From: Fibrobacteria bacterium
GTDB taxonomy: Bacteria > Fibrobacterota > Chitinivibrionia > Chitinivibrionales > FEN-1185
Reading direction: 5' to 3'
DNA: 64,000 nucleotides
NCBI GenBank assembly: GCA_037447435.1
Contig: JBBIGR010000011.1
Location: 32,001-96,000, forward strand
Shown here: positions 39,730 to 49,967 of the stretch, one piece after another
How the letters are laid out: each line of letters opens with the position of its first letter
Position numbering within the stretch: the first letter of the stretch is position 1
Made by a program: the position numbers and the translations under genes
The notes under the pieces: generated by a model
Databases searched by the model: none
Told to the model about the DNA's origin: nothing
The model's input: only the letters and a program-made list of their open reading frames with translations

Positions 39730-40257
39730 GTGAAAATCGGAATTGTAAGCGATACGCATCGCAATGTCGAATATCTCTCAGATGTAGTAGATTGGCTGAT
39801 AGAGCGTCATAAAATTGCCATGCTCTATCACTTGGGTGACGATTATGACGATGTAAAATGCCTTGCTGAAAAATATATAGACATAGTTCAAGTTCCCGGA
39901 ATTTACGACGAACGATATAGCAACGGATCTTTACCTAAAAAAATTGTAGAAAATGTGCTCGGCCTCCGTATTTTATTAGTGCATGCGATGGAAAAAGATG
40001 TTTCCAAGGAGGATAAATTAATTTCGGACGTGATCCTTCACGGCCATACGCATAAGGCTGAGATTTCCCTTGAAGATAGTTTGCTTTGTTTTAATCCCGG
40101 CCATTTAAAAGCTCCTAAAGATAAAAATTTTCCTCCGTCTTTCGGGGTTCTTGACATACAAGATAACGCATTGTTTGCAAAAGTTTTTAGCCTCGATTTT
40201 AAACCGGTTTTATCCATGGAATTGCTCCGTGCTGAAAACGGATTATATAAGGCTTAA
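39730..40257 (+). CDS. YfcE-like metallophosphoesterase
   Basis: VSDTH, HLGD, HGHTH, FNPG; GGAGG RBS, GTG start. Confidence 0.85.
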   Translation: MKIGIVSDTHRNVEYLSDVVDWLIERHKIAMLYHLGDDYDDVKCLAEKYIDIVQVPGIYDERYSNGSLPKKIVENVLGLRILLVHAMEKDVSKEDKLISDVILHGHTHKAEISLEDSLLCFNPGHLKAPKDKNFPPSFGVLDIQDNALFAKVFSLDFKPVLSMELLRAENGLYKA

Positions 40258-40272
40258 AGAGAAACAAATTGC

Positions 40273-42267
40273 ATGCATGCTTCCATTCTCACTACGACAG
40301 TCGTTATTTTTGGATTATCCATTCTTGTTTTGTTGATTTGCTATAGGCTTAAAATTCCAACCATTGTCGGTTTTCTTATAACCGGCGTATTATGCGGTCC
40401 CTCAGGTTTTGGCCTAGTTAATGCGACAAATGAAGTCCAAACTTTGGCCGAAATTGGCGTTATACTGCTATTGTTCAGCATCGGTCTCGAATTCTCGTTA
40501 AATAATTTGCTTCAAATTAAGCGGATTGTCATGGTCGGAGGAACTTTACAAGTATTATACACCATCGGAGCCGTTACCGTATTGGGCCTCGGATTTGGAT
40601 GGACCGTTCCGAGATCGGTTTTTATGGGCTTTCTACTTTCTCTTTCAAGTACCGCGATAGTACTGAAATGGTTGCAAGAAAAGGCCGAAGTGGAAAGCCC
40701 GCACGGCAAAACAAGTTTGGGTATTCTAATATATCAAGATATTGTCGTGGTTCCCATGATGCTCATCTTGCCGATTTTATCGGGTAATTCCGTCCATATC
40801 GGCATGTCGATTTTAATTTTAATTGCAAAAATCATCGGCATTATTGGTTTTATGGTACTACTCATAAAATGGGTCGTCCCATTTATCATGTACAGAGTCG
40901 CAAAAACGAGAAGTCGCGAATTGTTTTTGTTTACTATAATAGTGATTTGCTTTTCCGTAGCGACATTAACATCTCAGGCCGGACTGTCTTTAGCTTTAGG
41001 GGCATTTTTGGCGGGATTAGTACTTTCGGAGTCGGAATACAGCTATCAAGCGCTCGGCAGCATATTGCCTTTCAGGGATGTCTTTACTAGCGTGTTTTTT
41101 ATTTCGATCGGAATGTTGTTTAATGTCGATTATTTTCTTCATCACCCAATGCTCGTTGTATCATTGGCTTTATTGGTATTAATAATCAAGGTCGTTATTG
41201 CATCAATGGTTCCTGCAGTGCTTGGTTTTCCTTTGCGAACAATGATTTTAACGGGAATATCGCTGGGGCAAGTTGGTGAATTTGCCTTTATTTTATCTAC
41301 TGCCGGAATAACGTACGGATTATTGAATGAAAGCACATATCAGTTATTCTTGGGAGTGTCAATCATTACAATGGCAATGACACCGTTCATCATGAGCATT
41401 GGGCCATGGCTTTCAGATGCATTACTCAAGCTTCCGTTGCCCAAACGAATTCAATCTGGTTTGTTACCTGCCGAAGTGCCTCATATTCCCGAGCAAAAAC
41501 AAAAACTGACCGACCATCTAGTTATTATCGGATTTGGAATTAACGGGCAAAATGTTGCTAAGGCCGCAAAAGCCATGAATATTCCGTATGTTGTCACTGA
41601 AATGAACCCGGAAACCGTCAGAAGGGAAAAAGCATCTGGGCAGCCGATACTGTACGGTGACGCAACACAAGAAGCTGTATTGCTTCATGTTAATATTCGC
41701 AAAGCGAGAGTTGTTGTTGTTGGTATTCCCGACCCTGTGGCCACCCGCCGGGTTATTGAGGTTGCCCGGAAATTAAATCCATCGGTTCACATCATTGCAA
41801 GGACCCGTTTCTTTCCGGAAACCGAGCAGTTATACTCTTTAGGGGCAAACGAGGTCGTGCCGGAAGAATTTGAAACGTCCGTCGAAATCTTTACGAGAGT
41901 TCTAGTAAAATATTTGATTTCTCCCGAGGTAATTGAAATGTTCGTTGCAGAAATACGTTCGGACACCTATCAAATGTTTAGAAATATTTCTAAAGAAAAT
42001 TCAACTTTTTCAGATTTGAAGTTTGCTTTGCCGGATGTTGAAATAAATATGGCTTGGGTAGGTGAGAACTCGGCTCTAATCGGCAAAACACTCGCCGAAG
42101 TAAAAATTCGATCGGAATTCGGAATCACATTACTTGCCGTAAGAAGAGGAAGCGAGGTTATTTCCAATCCGGATAGTGGAGTATCGCTTTTTGCAGGAGA
42201 CATTCTCGTAATTCTTGGAAAGCCTCAAAATATTGTTTCGTTTACCGAAGCACTAAAGGCAGATTGA
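40273..42267 (+). CDS. CPA2 K+/H+ antiporter with TrkA-N and TrkA-C domains (KefB/C-like)
   Basis: LAEIGV.LLLF.IGLE, SSTAIV, LGAFLAG, IIGFG..G, YGDAT, C-terminal RCK_C. Confidence 0.92.
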   Translation: MHASILTTTVVIFGLSILVLLICYRLKIPTIVGFLITGVLCGPSGFGLVNATNEVQTLAEIGVILLLFSIGLEFSLNNLLQIKRIVMVGGTLQVLYTIGAVTVLGLGFGWTVPRSVFMGFLLSLSSTAIVLKWLQEKAEVESPHGKTSLGILIYQDIVVVPMMLILPILSGNSVHIGMSILILIAKIIGIIGFMVLLIKWVVPFIMYRVAKTRSRELFLFTIIVICFSVATLTSQAGLSLALGAFLAGLVLSESEYSYQALGSILPFRDVFTSVFFISIGMLFNVDYFLHHPMLVVSLALLVLIIKVVIASMVPAVLGFPLRTMILTGISLGQVGEFAFILSTAGITYGLLNESTYQLFLGVSIITMAMTPFIMSIGPWLSDALLKLPLPKRIQSGLLPAEVPHIPEQKQKLTDHLVIIGFGINGQNVAKAAKAMNIPYVVTEMNPETVRREKASGQPILYGDATQEAVLLHVNIRKARVVVVGIPDPVATRRVIEVARKLNPSVHIIARTRFFPETEQLYSLGANEVVPEEFETSVEIFTRVLVKYLISPEVIEMFVAEIRSDTYQMFRNISKENSTFSDLKFALPDVEINMAWVGENSALIGKTLAEVKIRSEFGITLLAVRRGSEVISNPDSGVSLFAGDILVILGKPQNIVSFTEALKAD

Positions 42268-42270
42268 GCG

Positions 42271-43212
42271 CTATGAACAATCCTCAAAGATTTCATCGAT
42301 AATGCTTCTGTAGGTTTCCAACGTTTTTGCACGCTGAATTTTTAATAATGTTTCTTCGCCTTTTGGAATGGAATTTGATAAATACCACCATAATTGCTTC
42401 ATTCTGCCTAGCAAAGCAACATGTCCGTTAAAATTGTCACGGCAGGTTCTTAATATTTCTTCATGGAACCGATATAATCTCTTGAAAAAATCATCAGGTT
42501 TTTCTTTAAGATTATTTTTTATCATTTCAGCAAGACACGGATTCATCGCTAAACCGCGACCTATCATAAAGCTTTGAATTGTAGGAAATTGCGACCTGAT
42601 TGAATTGAAAGAATCACAATCGACAATGTCGCCATTATAAATTATCGTATGTTTTGAAAATTCAAGGCATTTTCCAAATGCTACGAGATCCGGAGTACCG
42701 GAATACATTTGTTTTGCAGTTCGTGGATGAATAGTAATATTTTCGAGAGAATATGAATTAAACATATCTAAAATAGGGTAAATTTCATCAGTTTCAATTT
42801 TCCCCAGCCTCATTTTTATTGACAATTGTCCTTTTAATAATGGTAAAACACTATCCAGCAGGGCTTTAATCATTTCAGGATATTGTAATAAACCTGCTCC
42901 ACGTTTCTTGTTTACAACCATAGGATAAGGGCAGCCAAGATTCCAATTTACTGTTTTATACCCTAATTCAAATACTTGATTAGCCAACACTAAAAATTCC
43001 TGGGGATCTTTTCCGAGGATTTGAGGAATAACAACAGGAACTTTATTGAACTTAGGTAAAATATCCGTTAAATGGGAATTTTTCACATAAGAACCTTTAA
43101 CTGTTGTTAAAAAAGGAGTTACAAAATAATCGATACCCGGAAAATAACGTGACAATGCGTTTCGAAAAACGTAATCAGTATGTCCTAAGATTGGCGCCAA
43201 ATATATATACAT
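42271..43212 (-). CDS. tRNA-dihydrouridine synthase family protein
   Basis: NWNLGCP, SIKMRLG, IHPRT, YNGDI, MIGRG. Confidence 0.9.
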   Translation of the reverse strand: MYIYLAPILGHTDYVFRNALSRYFPGIDYFVTPFLTTVKGSYVKNSHLTDILPKFNKVPVVIPQILGKDPQEFLVLANQVFELGYKTVNWNLGCPYPMVVNKKRGAGLLQYPEMIKALLDSVLPLLKGQLSIKMRLGKIETDEIYPILDMFNSYSLENITIHPRTAKQMYSGTPDLVAFGKCLEFSKHTIIYNGDIVDCDSFNSIRSQFPTIQSFMIGRGLAMNPCLAEMIKNNLKEKPDDFFKRLYRFHEEILRTCRDNFNGHVALLGRMKQLWWYLSNSIPKGEETLLKIQRAKTLETYRSIIDEIFEDCS

Positions 43213-43224
43213 ATTATTAAAATA

Positions 43225-43668
43225 TTACTTTAATCTATCTTCTGTAATTCCTTTTAAACCAATGTAATAAGCTATAGCAATCGATAATGAACCTGTTAAA
43301 AAGTCAATAGGGCCGATAATTGCTTTTAATAAAATTATAATCATTGAAAAATTTGTTTTTAAAATAAGTGAAAGAATTGTAATTCCTTTCAGGTTTGAAA
43401 ATATAATGGCAGCGGTACAATAGTTTCCCAATAGCCATAGAAATAGTGCGCAACACCCTGCAAAATAACCAAATCTAACGGAATTACCTTTTCCGAAAAT
43501 CCGCATGCTATACCCAATTGCAATTCCCGACGGTATTGCCATCCAGCCGATTTTCAATCCGGAAAGCCGGACGCATAACACCCATACTAATAGACAAATA
43601 GCTGAGGAGATCAATGTCGCAATCAATCCGCAAGTCAAGGATTCTTTCTTAGGGGCAATTTTATCCAT
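43225..43668 (-). CDS. Small multi-TM hypothetical protein
   Basis: About 4 hydrophobic helices, IGWMAI..G..IGY.MR.FGKG; start uncertain (track 43719). Confidence 0.6.
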   Translation of the reverse strand: MDKIAPKKESLTCGLIATLISSAICLLVWVLCVRLSGLKIGWMAIPSGIAIGYSMRIFGKGNSVRFGYFAGCCALFLWLLGNYCTAAIIFSNLKGITILSLILKTNFSMIIILLKAIIGPIDFLTGSLSIAIAYYIGLKGITEDRLK

Positions 43669-43859
43669 TTGTATTTGCCTTTTAAATATTTCGTATTTTT
43701 CAAAATTTATTAATGCCAAAAGGAATGATCTTTACAAAATAAAATAGATGTTTGAGCTAAGAATGTCAATGGCAAAGGGCAATAAATTCCCTTCGGCTGG
43801 TAAAAAATTCAGCAATAAAGGGTGAGGCTCGGAAATACAATAAACTGTAACTATTACAA

Positions 43860-43905
43860 TATCAATTACTTAAAACAAGTCAATAAATTGGGCACGAAAA
43901 ATGCT
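43860..43905 (+). promoter_or_regulatory. Sigma54 (-24/-12) promoter with upstream IHF site for flgFGAHI
   Basis: GGCACG-AAAA-ATGC at 43891-43904 (GG-N10-GC); TATCAA-TTAC-TTA at 43860-43872 matches WATCAANNNNTTR. Confidence 0.7.
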
Positions 43906-43940
43906 TATAATATAGACGTAAAAATAAAAAGGGAGGAACA

Positions 43941-44675
43941 ATGATCCAGGGAATATACCTTGCATCAATGGGCATGACGCCGCTAATCGATAAACAAGAT
44001 CAAATCGCTAATAATCTTGCCAATATTCAAACAACAGGTTTTAAACAAAGCGGTTCATTTTTAAAAGCCTACGAGAAATACCTTAACAACGACCAAAAAC
44101 AACCGTTTGCAAATGCTGAAATAAAGACCGATCAAACATATATCGATTATTCTCCCGGAACAATGCAAAAAACCGATTCTCCATTGGATGTTTATATTCA
44201 AGGAAACGGATTTCTCACCATGATGACCGCCAGCGGAATACGATATTCTCGAAACGGTAATTTATCGATCGATTCCGACGGCTTTATCGTATCTGGAGAT
44301 GGTGCTAAAGTGATGGGCACCCAAGGCTATATAAAAATCGATAAAAAGCTCCCTATTCAAATTTCCGAAACAGGCGAAATCTTACAAAATGGAAGTAGTT
44401 TAGGAAAACTTCGAATTGCCGATTTTAAAAAGCCGTATCAAATGTTACGTGAAGGAAACGGATATATGAGACCATCTTCAATTGAAGGCACAGTGGGTGA
44501 GGCGTCAAATTATTCCATTAAGCAAGGATTCTTGGAAGCATCCAATGTAAATGTCGTGCAAAATATGGTTAACATGATAGCGACGTATAGAAATTACGAA
44601 GCCGATCAAAAAGCAGTGAACGCTCAAGACGAAACACTTGAAAAGGCTGTAGATCAAGTTGGAAAAGTAGGGTAG
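43941..44675 (+). CDS. flgF: Flagellar basal-body rod protein FlgF
   Basis: IANNLANIQTTGFK, YSRNG, LEASNVN; directly upstream of flgG. Confidence 0.85.
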   Translation: MIQGIYLASMGMTPLIDKQDQIANNLANIQTTGFKQSGSFLKAYEKYLNNDQKQPFANAEIKTDQTYIDYSPGTMQKTDSPLDVYIQGNGFLTMMTASGIRYSRNGNLSIDSDGFIVSGDGAKVMGTQGYIKIDKKLPIQISETGEILQNGSSLGKLRIADFKKPYQMLREGNGYMRPSSIEGTVGEASNYSIKQGFLEASNVNVVQNMVNMIATYRNYEADQKAVNAQDETLEKAVDQVGKVG

Positions 44676-44723
44676 CAAACGTTCTTTCGAATGTGATTTT
44701 GCATTAATAAAAGGGGAAAGATC

Positions 44724-45515
44724 ATGGTACGTAGTTTGTATACTGCAGCAACCGGAATGCAGGCGCAACAATTGTTCATGGATACGATTTCTCACAATCT
44801 GTCCAATGTCAACACTACCGGATTTAAAAGATCAAAAGTCGAATTTCAGGATCTTATGTATCAAACGCTCAAAGAACCCGGAGTAAAAAATCAAGAGGGT
44901 GAAATGGCGCCGGTAGGAATTGAAGTTGGACTAGGAGTAAAGTCCGGATCCACGCAGAAATTGTTTGAACAAGGTTCTTTGAATCAAACAGGAAATTCTC
45001 TCGATGTAGCTATACAAGGAAACGGATTCTTTCAAATAACAATGCCCGATGGAACAATTGCCTATTCGCGTGACGGTTCTTTTAAAAAGACGGCTGATGG
45101 CACAATCGTTACGTCCGACGGTTATCCCGTTTCTCCTCAAATTAATATTCCTCAAGGTGCCGACCAGCTTGGAATCGATTCTGCAACAGGAAAAATAACG
45201 GTTATAATGCCGGGTCAAACAACTTCAACAGAACTCGGGCAAATGGAACTTGCAAGGTTTGTAAATCCTGCAGGATTAAAATCAATAGGCGATAATCTGT
45301 ATACCGAAACCGAAGCTTCCGGGCAACCAATTATTGGGGCACCTTCAGAAGAAGGTATGGGTACATTGTCTCAAGGATATTTGGAATCCTCAAACGTTCA
45401 AATTGTTGACGAAATGGTAAATATGATTTCGGCTCAACGGGCATATGAAATTGTATCAAAGTCAATCCAAGTCTCGGACGAAATGATGCAAATAGCAAAC
45501 AGCTTGAAGAGATAA
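44724..45515 (+). CDS. flgG: Flagellar distal rod protein FlgG
   Basis: SLYTAATGMQAQQ, EFQDLMYQ, LESSNV..V.EMV.MI.AQRAYE. Confidence 0.96.
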   Translation: MVRSLYTAATGMQAQQLFMDTISHNLSNVNTTGFKRSKVEFQDLMYQTLKEPGVKNQEGEMAPVGIEVGLGVKSGSTQKLFEQGSLNQTGNSLDVAIQGNGFFQITMPDGTIAYSRDGSFKKTADGTIVTSDGYPVSPQINIPQGADQLGIDSATGKITVIMPGQTTSTELGQMELARFVNPAGLKSIGDNLYTETEASGQPIIGAPSEEGMGTLSQGYLESSNVQIVDEMVNMISAQRAYEIVSKSIQVSDEMMQIANSLKR

Positions 45516-45519
45516 CGAT

Positions 45520-46500
45520 ATGGCCCTGCGTAATCAAACACTTATAGGGATATGTCATTTTGTAGTTTTGTTGGGAATCAACGGCTACGCTCATTTTTCT
45601 ATTTCATTCAAAGATTCAGCCATTGTAAATGATACCTGCATCAGATTAAGCGATGTTGCCATTGTAACCTCGGACTGCAGTCCAAATGAAACACGGGATT
45701 TTATTTCAAAAATAGTCGGCGAATCAGCGCCGGCTGGATATTGCAGAAAGGTAAATAGTGACGACATTATTTCTTATGTTTTAAAAAAGGACTTTCCAAA
45801 TTATACTGTTGTTTCAAAACATAAATCCATAAAAGTTTCTACATTTTCGGTGGACAAAAAAGTCGGTGATTATAAAGAAAAGATTATTGGCTTTTTAACG
45901 GATTCTATTTCATGGAATGCTCAAGATTATAAAGTGGAAATCCGCAATGAAAACGAAAAATGGAAATGTTTAAACACCCCGGTTTCCGTTCAAATTACCG
46001 GATTGTCGAATCGGTATCCCAAAGGAAATTTGAACCTTAAACTCCTTGCAAAGCAAAACTCGAAAATTTATACAATTCCGGTAACCTGTTTTATTACCGT
46101 CAATGCATCGGTAGTAGTCGCGAAAAGACCCATTTTACGGGGTGAGGCGATAAATTCCGATAATTGCAGCATCGAACGACGAGATATAACTCGATTTGGA
46201 TATGAACCTTTTTCAAATAATGCAATTTTAAAGGACATGATTGCTTCTCGAACAATTCCTAAGGATGCAATTCTTTACGATAAATATTTAACCAAATTAC
46301 CGATTGTTGCAAAAGACGATCAGGTTTTTGTTATCGTTGATCGAGGTGTTGTAAAAGTGTCCATTATTATGCGTGCCCGCGAGCAGGGTGCAATGGGAGA
46401 CAGAATCTGGGTAGAAAACGAAAATACGCATAAACTTATAAAGACTAAAATAATCGGCAAAGGTACTGTCGAACTTCTTCAAGGAGGAAAAGTAATATGA
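45520..46500 (+). CDS. flgA: P-ring assembly chaperone FlgA (long form)
   Basis: SAF-like VVAKRPILRGEAI; A.EQG..GD.IWVEN; position between flgG and flgH. Confidence 0.85.
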   Translation: MALRNQTLIGICHFVVLLGINGYAHFSISFKDSAIVNDTCIRLSDVAIVTSDCSPNETRDFISKIVGESAPAGYCRKVNSDDIISYVLKKDFPNYTVVSKHKSIKVSTFSVDKKVGDYKEKIIGFLTDSISWNAQDYKVEIRNENEKWKCLNTPVSVQITGLSNRYPKGNLNLKLLAKQNSKIYTIPVTCFITVNASVVVAKRPILRGEAINSDNCSIERRDITRFGYEPFSNNAILKDMIASRTIPKDAILYDKYLTKLPIVAKDDQVFVIVDRGVVKVSIIMRAREQGAMGDRIWVENENTHKLIKTKIIGKGTVELLQGGKVI

Positions 46501-47069
46501 GAAAAATTACTATTTCAAAAATTATTATTACATTTTTGTCAATATTTTCCATTGGTCATGCAGCTTCCATTTTTAGCTTGTACAATGATAAAAAAGCTTT
46601 AAGTACTGATGATATCATGACCGTGGTGATAACCGAATCAGCCAAAGCGGGGAGTCAGAGCGGGACAAATACCAGCAAGCAGAATGATTTGGGGGTTCAA
46701 AGCGCCGGCGGGTCCGGATTGCTCAGATTTATTCCCAGTTTTGGTGCCTCAGCAGGTAATAAAATCGGGTATGATGGAAAAGCCGGTACATCGCGTGAAG
46801 GAAGTTTGGATGCAAAAATATCTGCCAGAGTTACAAAAGTTCTTGATAATGGAAATCTGGTTATTGAAGGAAGCAAAGTCGTTGAAATTAACGATGAGAA
46901 GGAAATTATTAAAGTAAGCGGAGTTGTCAGACCTCAAGATATCGAATCCAATAATGTGATTTACTCCTATAATATTGCGGATGCTCAAATAACGTATTCG
47001 GGAAAAGGGACGGTTCATACCGGCGAAAGGCCCGGTTTAATAGCAAGATTTTTTAATTGGATTTTTTAA
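46497..47069 (+). CDS. flgH: Flagellar L-ring protein FlgH
   Basis: D.MTVVI.E, V..VLDNGNLVIEG.K, SGVVRPQDI, IADAQI.YSG. Confidence 0.92.
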   Translation: MRKITISKIIITFLSIFSIGHAASIFSLYNDKKALSTDDIMTVVITESAKAGSQSGTNTSKQNDLGVQSAGGSGLLRFIPSFGASAGNKIGYDGKAGTSREGSLDAKISARVTKVLDNGNLVIEGSKVVEINDEKEIIKVSGVVRPQDIESNNVIYSYNIADAQITYSGKGTVHTGERPGLIARFFNWIF

Positions 47070-47118
47070 CTCCGTATCTCTTGTCAATTTGCTAAAAAAA
47101 TCTCACAAGGATGGCAAC

Positions 47119-48270
47119 ATGAATAAATGGATTAGTAGAATTAAAATTTTTTGCATTTTCATAGCTTTGATGCCGACATCATTTCTGGTTTTTGGGCAGG
47201 ATAGTGGTGTAAGAATTAAAGATGTTGCCGCCATAAGCGGTCTTGAAGATATACAAATTTACGGGTACGGACTTGTTGTAGGCTTAGACGGCACCGGAGA
47301 TAGATATCAGACGTTGTTTACCAATCAGACTATTCGAAACATGTTGAAAAATCTCGGAATCGAATTGCCCAACCAGCAAATGTGGGTTCGAAATGTCGCA
47401 GCAGTTATGGTTACCTCGAATTTAAAACCCTTTAAACGAAAAGGGACTCGTTTCGACGCGACAGTTTCATCGATTGGTGATGCCACAAGTTTAGAAGGCG
47501 GAACATTGCTTTTAACGCCGTTACAGGGCAACGATGGTCACGTATATGCGTCAGTGCAAGGACCTTTGGCGACCGGCGGATACGATGCAAAATATAAAGG
47601 TGCTTCTTATATTAAAAAGAATCATGTTCTTGTCGGAAGGATTCCAGACGGTGCTATTGTTCAAAAGGAATATGTGTTTAATGTTCTCGACGGGCGAGAT
47701 ATTTCGCTATCTTTGACATCCCCGGATTTTACTTCTTCAGTTTCAATGGCAAATGCAATAAACTATGCATTTAAAAACTCAACTGTGCCGGTTGCAAAAG
47801 CTATTGATGCCGCAACAGTAAAATTAAACTTTGATGCAGTTGCGAGAGATTCAATTCGAAATTATCTAGGCCTTATGGAATTTATTTCAAAAATAGAAAA
47901 TGTAACTTTTGCCGTATCAAGTCAGGCTAGAGTGGTTGTAAATGAACGAACAGGGACTATTGTGGCTGGTGGAGATGTGAGAATTTCAGAAGTTGCAGTA
48001 ACTCATGGCGGAGTTAAAGTCGAAGTGATAAATTCTCCGGAAGTTGTTCAACCTTTACCATTGACTCAAGGTCAAACAACGGTTATTCCCAATCCAGCGG
48101 TCACTGTAGAAGAAAAAAATCCGGAAATGGTTGTATTAAAAGGAACTACGACAGTTTCAGACTTGGCGCAAACATTGAATTCCTTAGGCGTAAGCCCTCG
48201 TGACGTGATTTCAATTTTTCAAGCAATTAAAGAAGCAGGGGCGTTACAGGGACAACTTGTTATAATGTAA
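47119..48270 (+). CDS. flgI: Flagellar P-ring protein FlgI
   Basis: RIKD, GYGLVVGLDGTGD, NVAAVMVT, SLEGGTLL.TPL, NERTGTIV, AGAL. Confidence 0.96.
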   Translation: MNKWISRIKIFCIFIALMPTSFLVFGQDSGVRIKDVAAISGLEDIQIYGYGLVVGLDGTGDRYQTLFTNQTIRNMLKNLGIELPNQQMWVRNVAAVMVTSNLKPFKRKGTRFDATVSSIGDATSLEGGTLLLTPLQGNDGHVYASVQGPLATGGYDAKYKGASYIKKNHVLVGRIPDGAIVQKEYVFNVLDGRDISLSLTSPDFTSSVSMANAINYAFKNSTVPVAKAIDAATVKLNFDAVARDSIRNYLGLMEFISKIENVTFAVSSQARVVVNERTGTIVAGGDVRISEVAVTHGGVKVEVINSPEVVQPLPLTQGQTTVIPNPAVTVEEKNPEMVVLKGTTTVSDLAQTLNSLGVSPRDVISIFQAIKEAGALQGQLVIM

Positions 48271-48313
48271 CGTGTTGCAATAATAGTTTAATGTTGCTAA
48301 TCAATATGATTTG

Positions 48314-49921
48314 TCATGATAAATAAATTGGACTTGTTGCTGCAAATGAAGATGATCCGTCATTTTTTCGGCAGGTCAATTCTGCTCGCAGGTACCCTTT
48401 CTCCAGGATGTTAGTAATAGGAATGGTTTCATTTTTTTCGAATTCATTATTTGAATAATTGGTATTATAAAACAGTACTTCTTTTTTTTCTGAATATTTT
48501 CCCAAAAAGAGTTTTAAATTATCTAGGCCCCCAAATTCATAATTGCTTTTAATAATAGCAGTTATTGAATTTGTACCTAAACGTATTGAGTTGCAATAGG
48601 TTCCTGTATTGCTCAAAGTGTCGAATTGGCTTAATTGCAAGTAAGGTCCTGAAGTTACAAACGTTGCGCCGTCTTTTATAGCTTTTGCTATATCATTTAC
48701 AGATAAATTTTTACCATAAATACCGGTTTTGGCAAAACCTAAAAACCTCTCAAAATCCTCGGCAATTGAAATAAATGGCATGGAAATATACCTGTATCTA
48801 TTAAAATCGCCATGAGAATCATTTCCTGCAACCAAAGATATTTTTCTTCCTTTTAGTAATTCATTGATCCACAAAGCTTTAGAAATATTCCATGATTTTT
48901 TAAAACCATTATTTACCGCTTGAACCGCATCAATGTCCTGCATCATATCGGGCAGTTGCCAACTTCCGCGTTTAAGTAAAAGCCTTTGTAGAACTCCGAA
49001 TCTTGATCCTGGATGCGCTGCGATTGCCACACCGCCTTGACTATGAATGTTTTGAATTGCGTCTTTCAAATTAAACGTACCAAGCTTATTCTTTCTTGCC
49101 CCATCGATGCATCCGGCAATATAATTGCGGATATTTAATGCACATAAGTGGATAGAACGATTCTCAGAATTAATGCATGAGATTTCTTCTCCAAGAATTA
49201 AAATCTTTTTTAATTCTTGTTTAGAATCATTTAGAAAAGCAATCCATCTGCTTAAGGTAGCATCGGATTTTAAAAAATCATCAAGTCGACATGCTAAATC
49301 GTATGAATGATCGGTAATTGAGTAAAAATCCAGACCCGAACTATCGATCATAGTGTCTATAATGTTTATCGGCGGTCCAAATTCAATATGGCTTTCTGAA
49401 TATTGAGAATGAATATGAATATCGCCAAATAAACAAGAATTGGATCCGGGCAATTTAAATTCGGAAAGCAAACAAGTGAAGGGCATTTTTGACGTTGCAA
49501 ACAAATTGTCATTTAAAACGTCCCAGCAACGATTGCGATTGCTGACCGTCGCTTTGCAATTAATGTAAGAAACACCGCTTTCCAATGATTTTCTATCAAT
49601 TGAGAATAAATAAATATCCGATTTATTTTTCAATGAGTGTTCAACTTTATATTGTTCTGGATCGTTAAAAATAAACGGTACGGGCTTTTTTCCTTTTTGA
49701 GAGATCGCTATTGAAACGTTTTCAATTTTTATTGGAAAGCGGTTGATATCATTACAGATTAGCATAATTGGCAAATTCTTGTCAGGATCGATCCGGCGAG
49801 GCAAATCAAATAAAATTTCAGGTTCTTTTCGAAATAATAAACTTGGAAGTAGTTTGAAAAACTTAAAATGAGTTTCTGCATAAAGCAGTACAGCAGGAAT
49901 TTGAAGCGAAGGAAATAGCAT
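48314..49921 (-). CDS. PHP-domain metallohydrolase (CehA/McbA-like) with N-terminal extension
   Basis: GDIHIHSQYS, ITDHSYD, GEEIS, AAHP, GNDSHGD, FVTSGP. Confidence 0.82.
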   Translation of the reverse strand: MLFPSLQIPAVLLYAETHFKFFKLLPSLLFRKEPEILFDLPRRIDPDKNLPIMLICNDINRFPIKIENVSIAISQKGKKPVPFIFNDPEQYKVEHSLKNKSDIYLFSIDRKSLESGVSYINCKATVSNRNRCWDVLNDNLFATSKMPFTCLLSEFKLPGSNSCLFGDIHIHSQYSESHIEFGPPINIIDTMIDSSGLDFYSITDHSYDLACRLDDFLKSDATLSRWIAFLNDSKQELKKILILGEEISCINSENRSIHLCALNIRNYIAGCIDGARKNKLGTFNLKDAIQNIHSQGGVAIAAHPGSRFGVLQRLLLKRGSWQLPDMMQDIDAVQAVNNGFKKSWNISKALWINELLKGRKISLVAGNDSHGDFNRYRYISMPFISIAEDFERFLGFAKTGIYGKNLSVNDIAKAIKDGATFVTSGPYLQLSQFDTLSNTGTYCNSIRLGTNSITAIIKSNYEFGGLDNLKLFLGKYSEKKEVLFYNTNYSNNEFEKNETIPITNILEKGYLRAELTCRKNDGSSSFAATSPIYLS

Positions 49922-49967
49922 ATGGTATTTTAATATAGCATTTTATTTTTACGCAGAATGTGATATT

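Noticed and set aside
38947..39759. 270-aa antisense ORF (and similar shadow ORFs over fusA, gldG, nspC)
   Set aside because: Antisense to well-supported genes, no motifs
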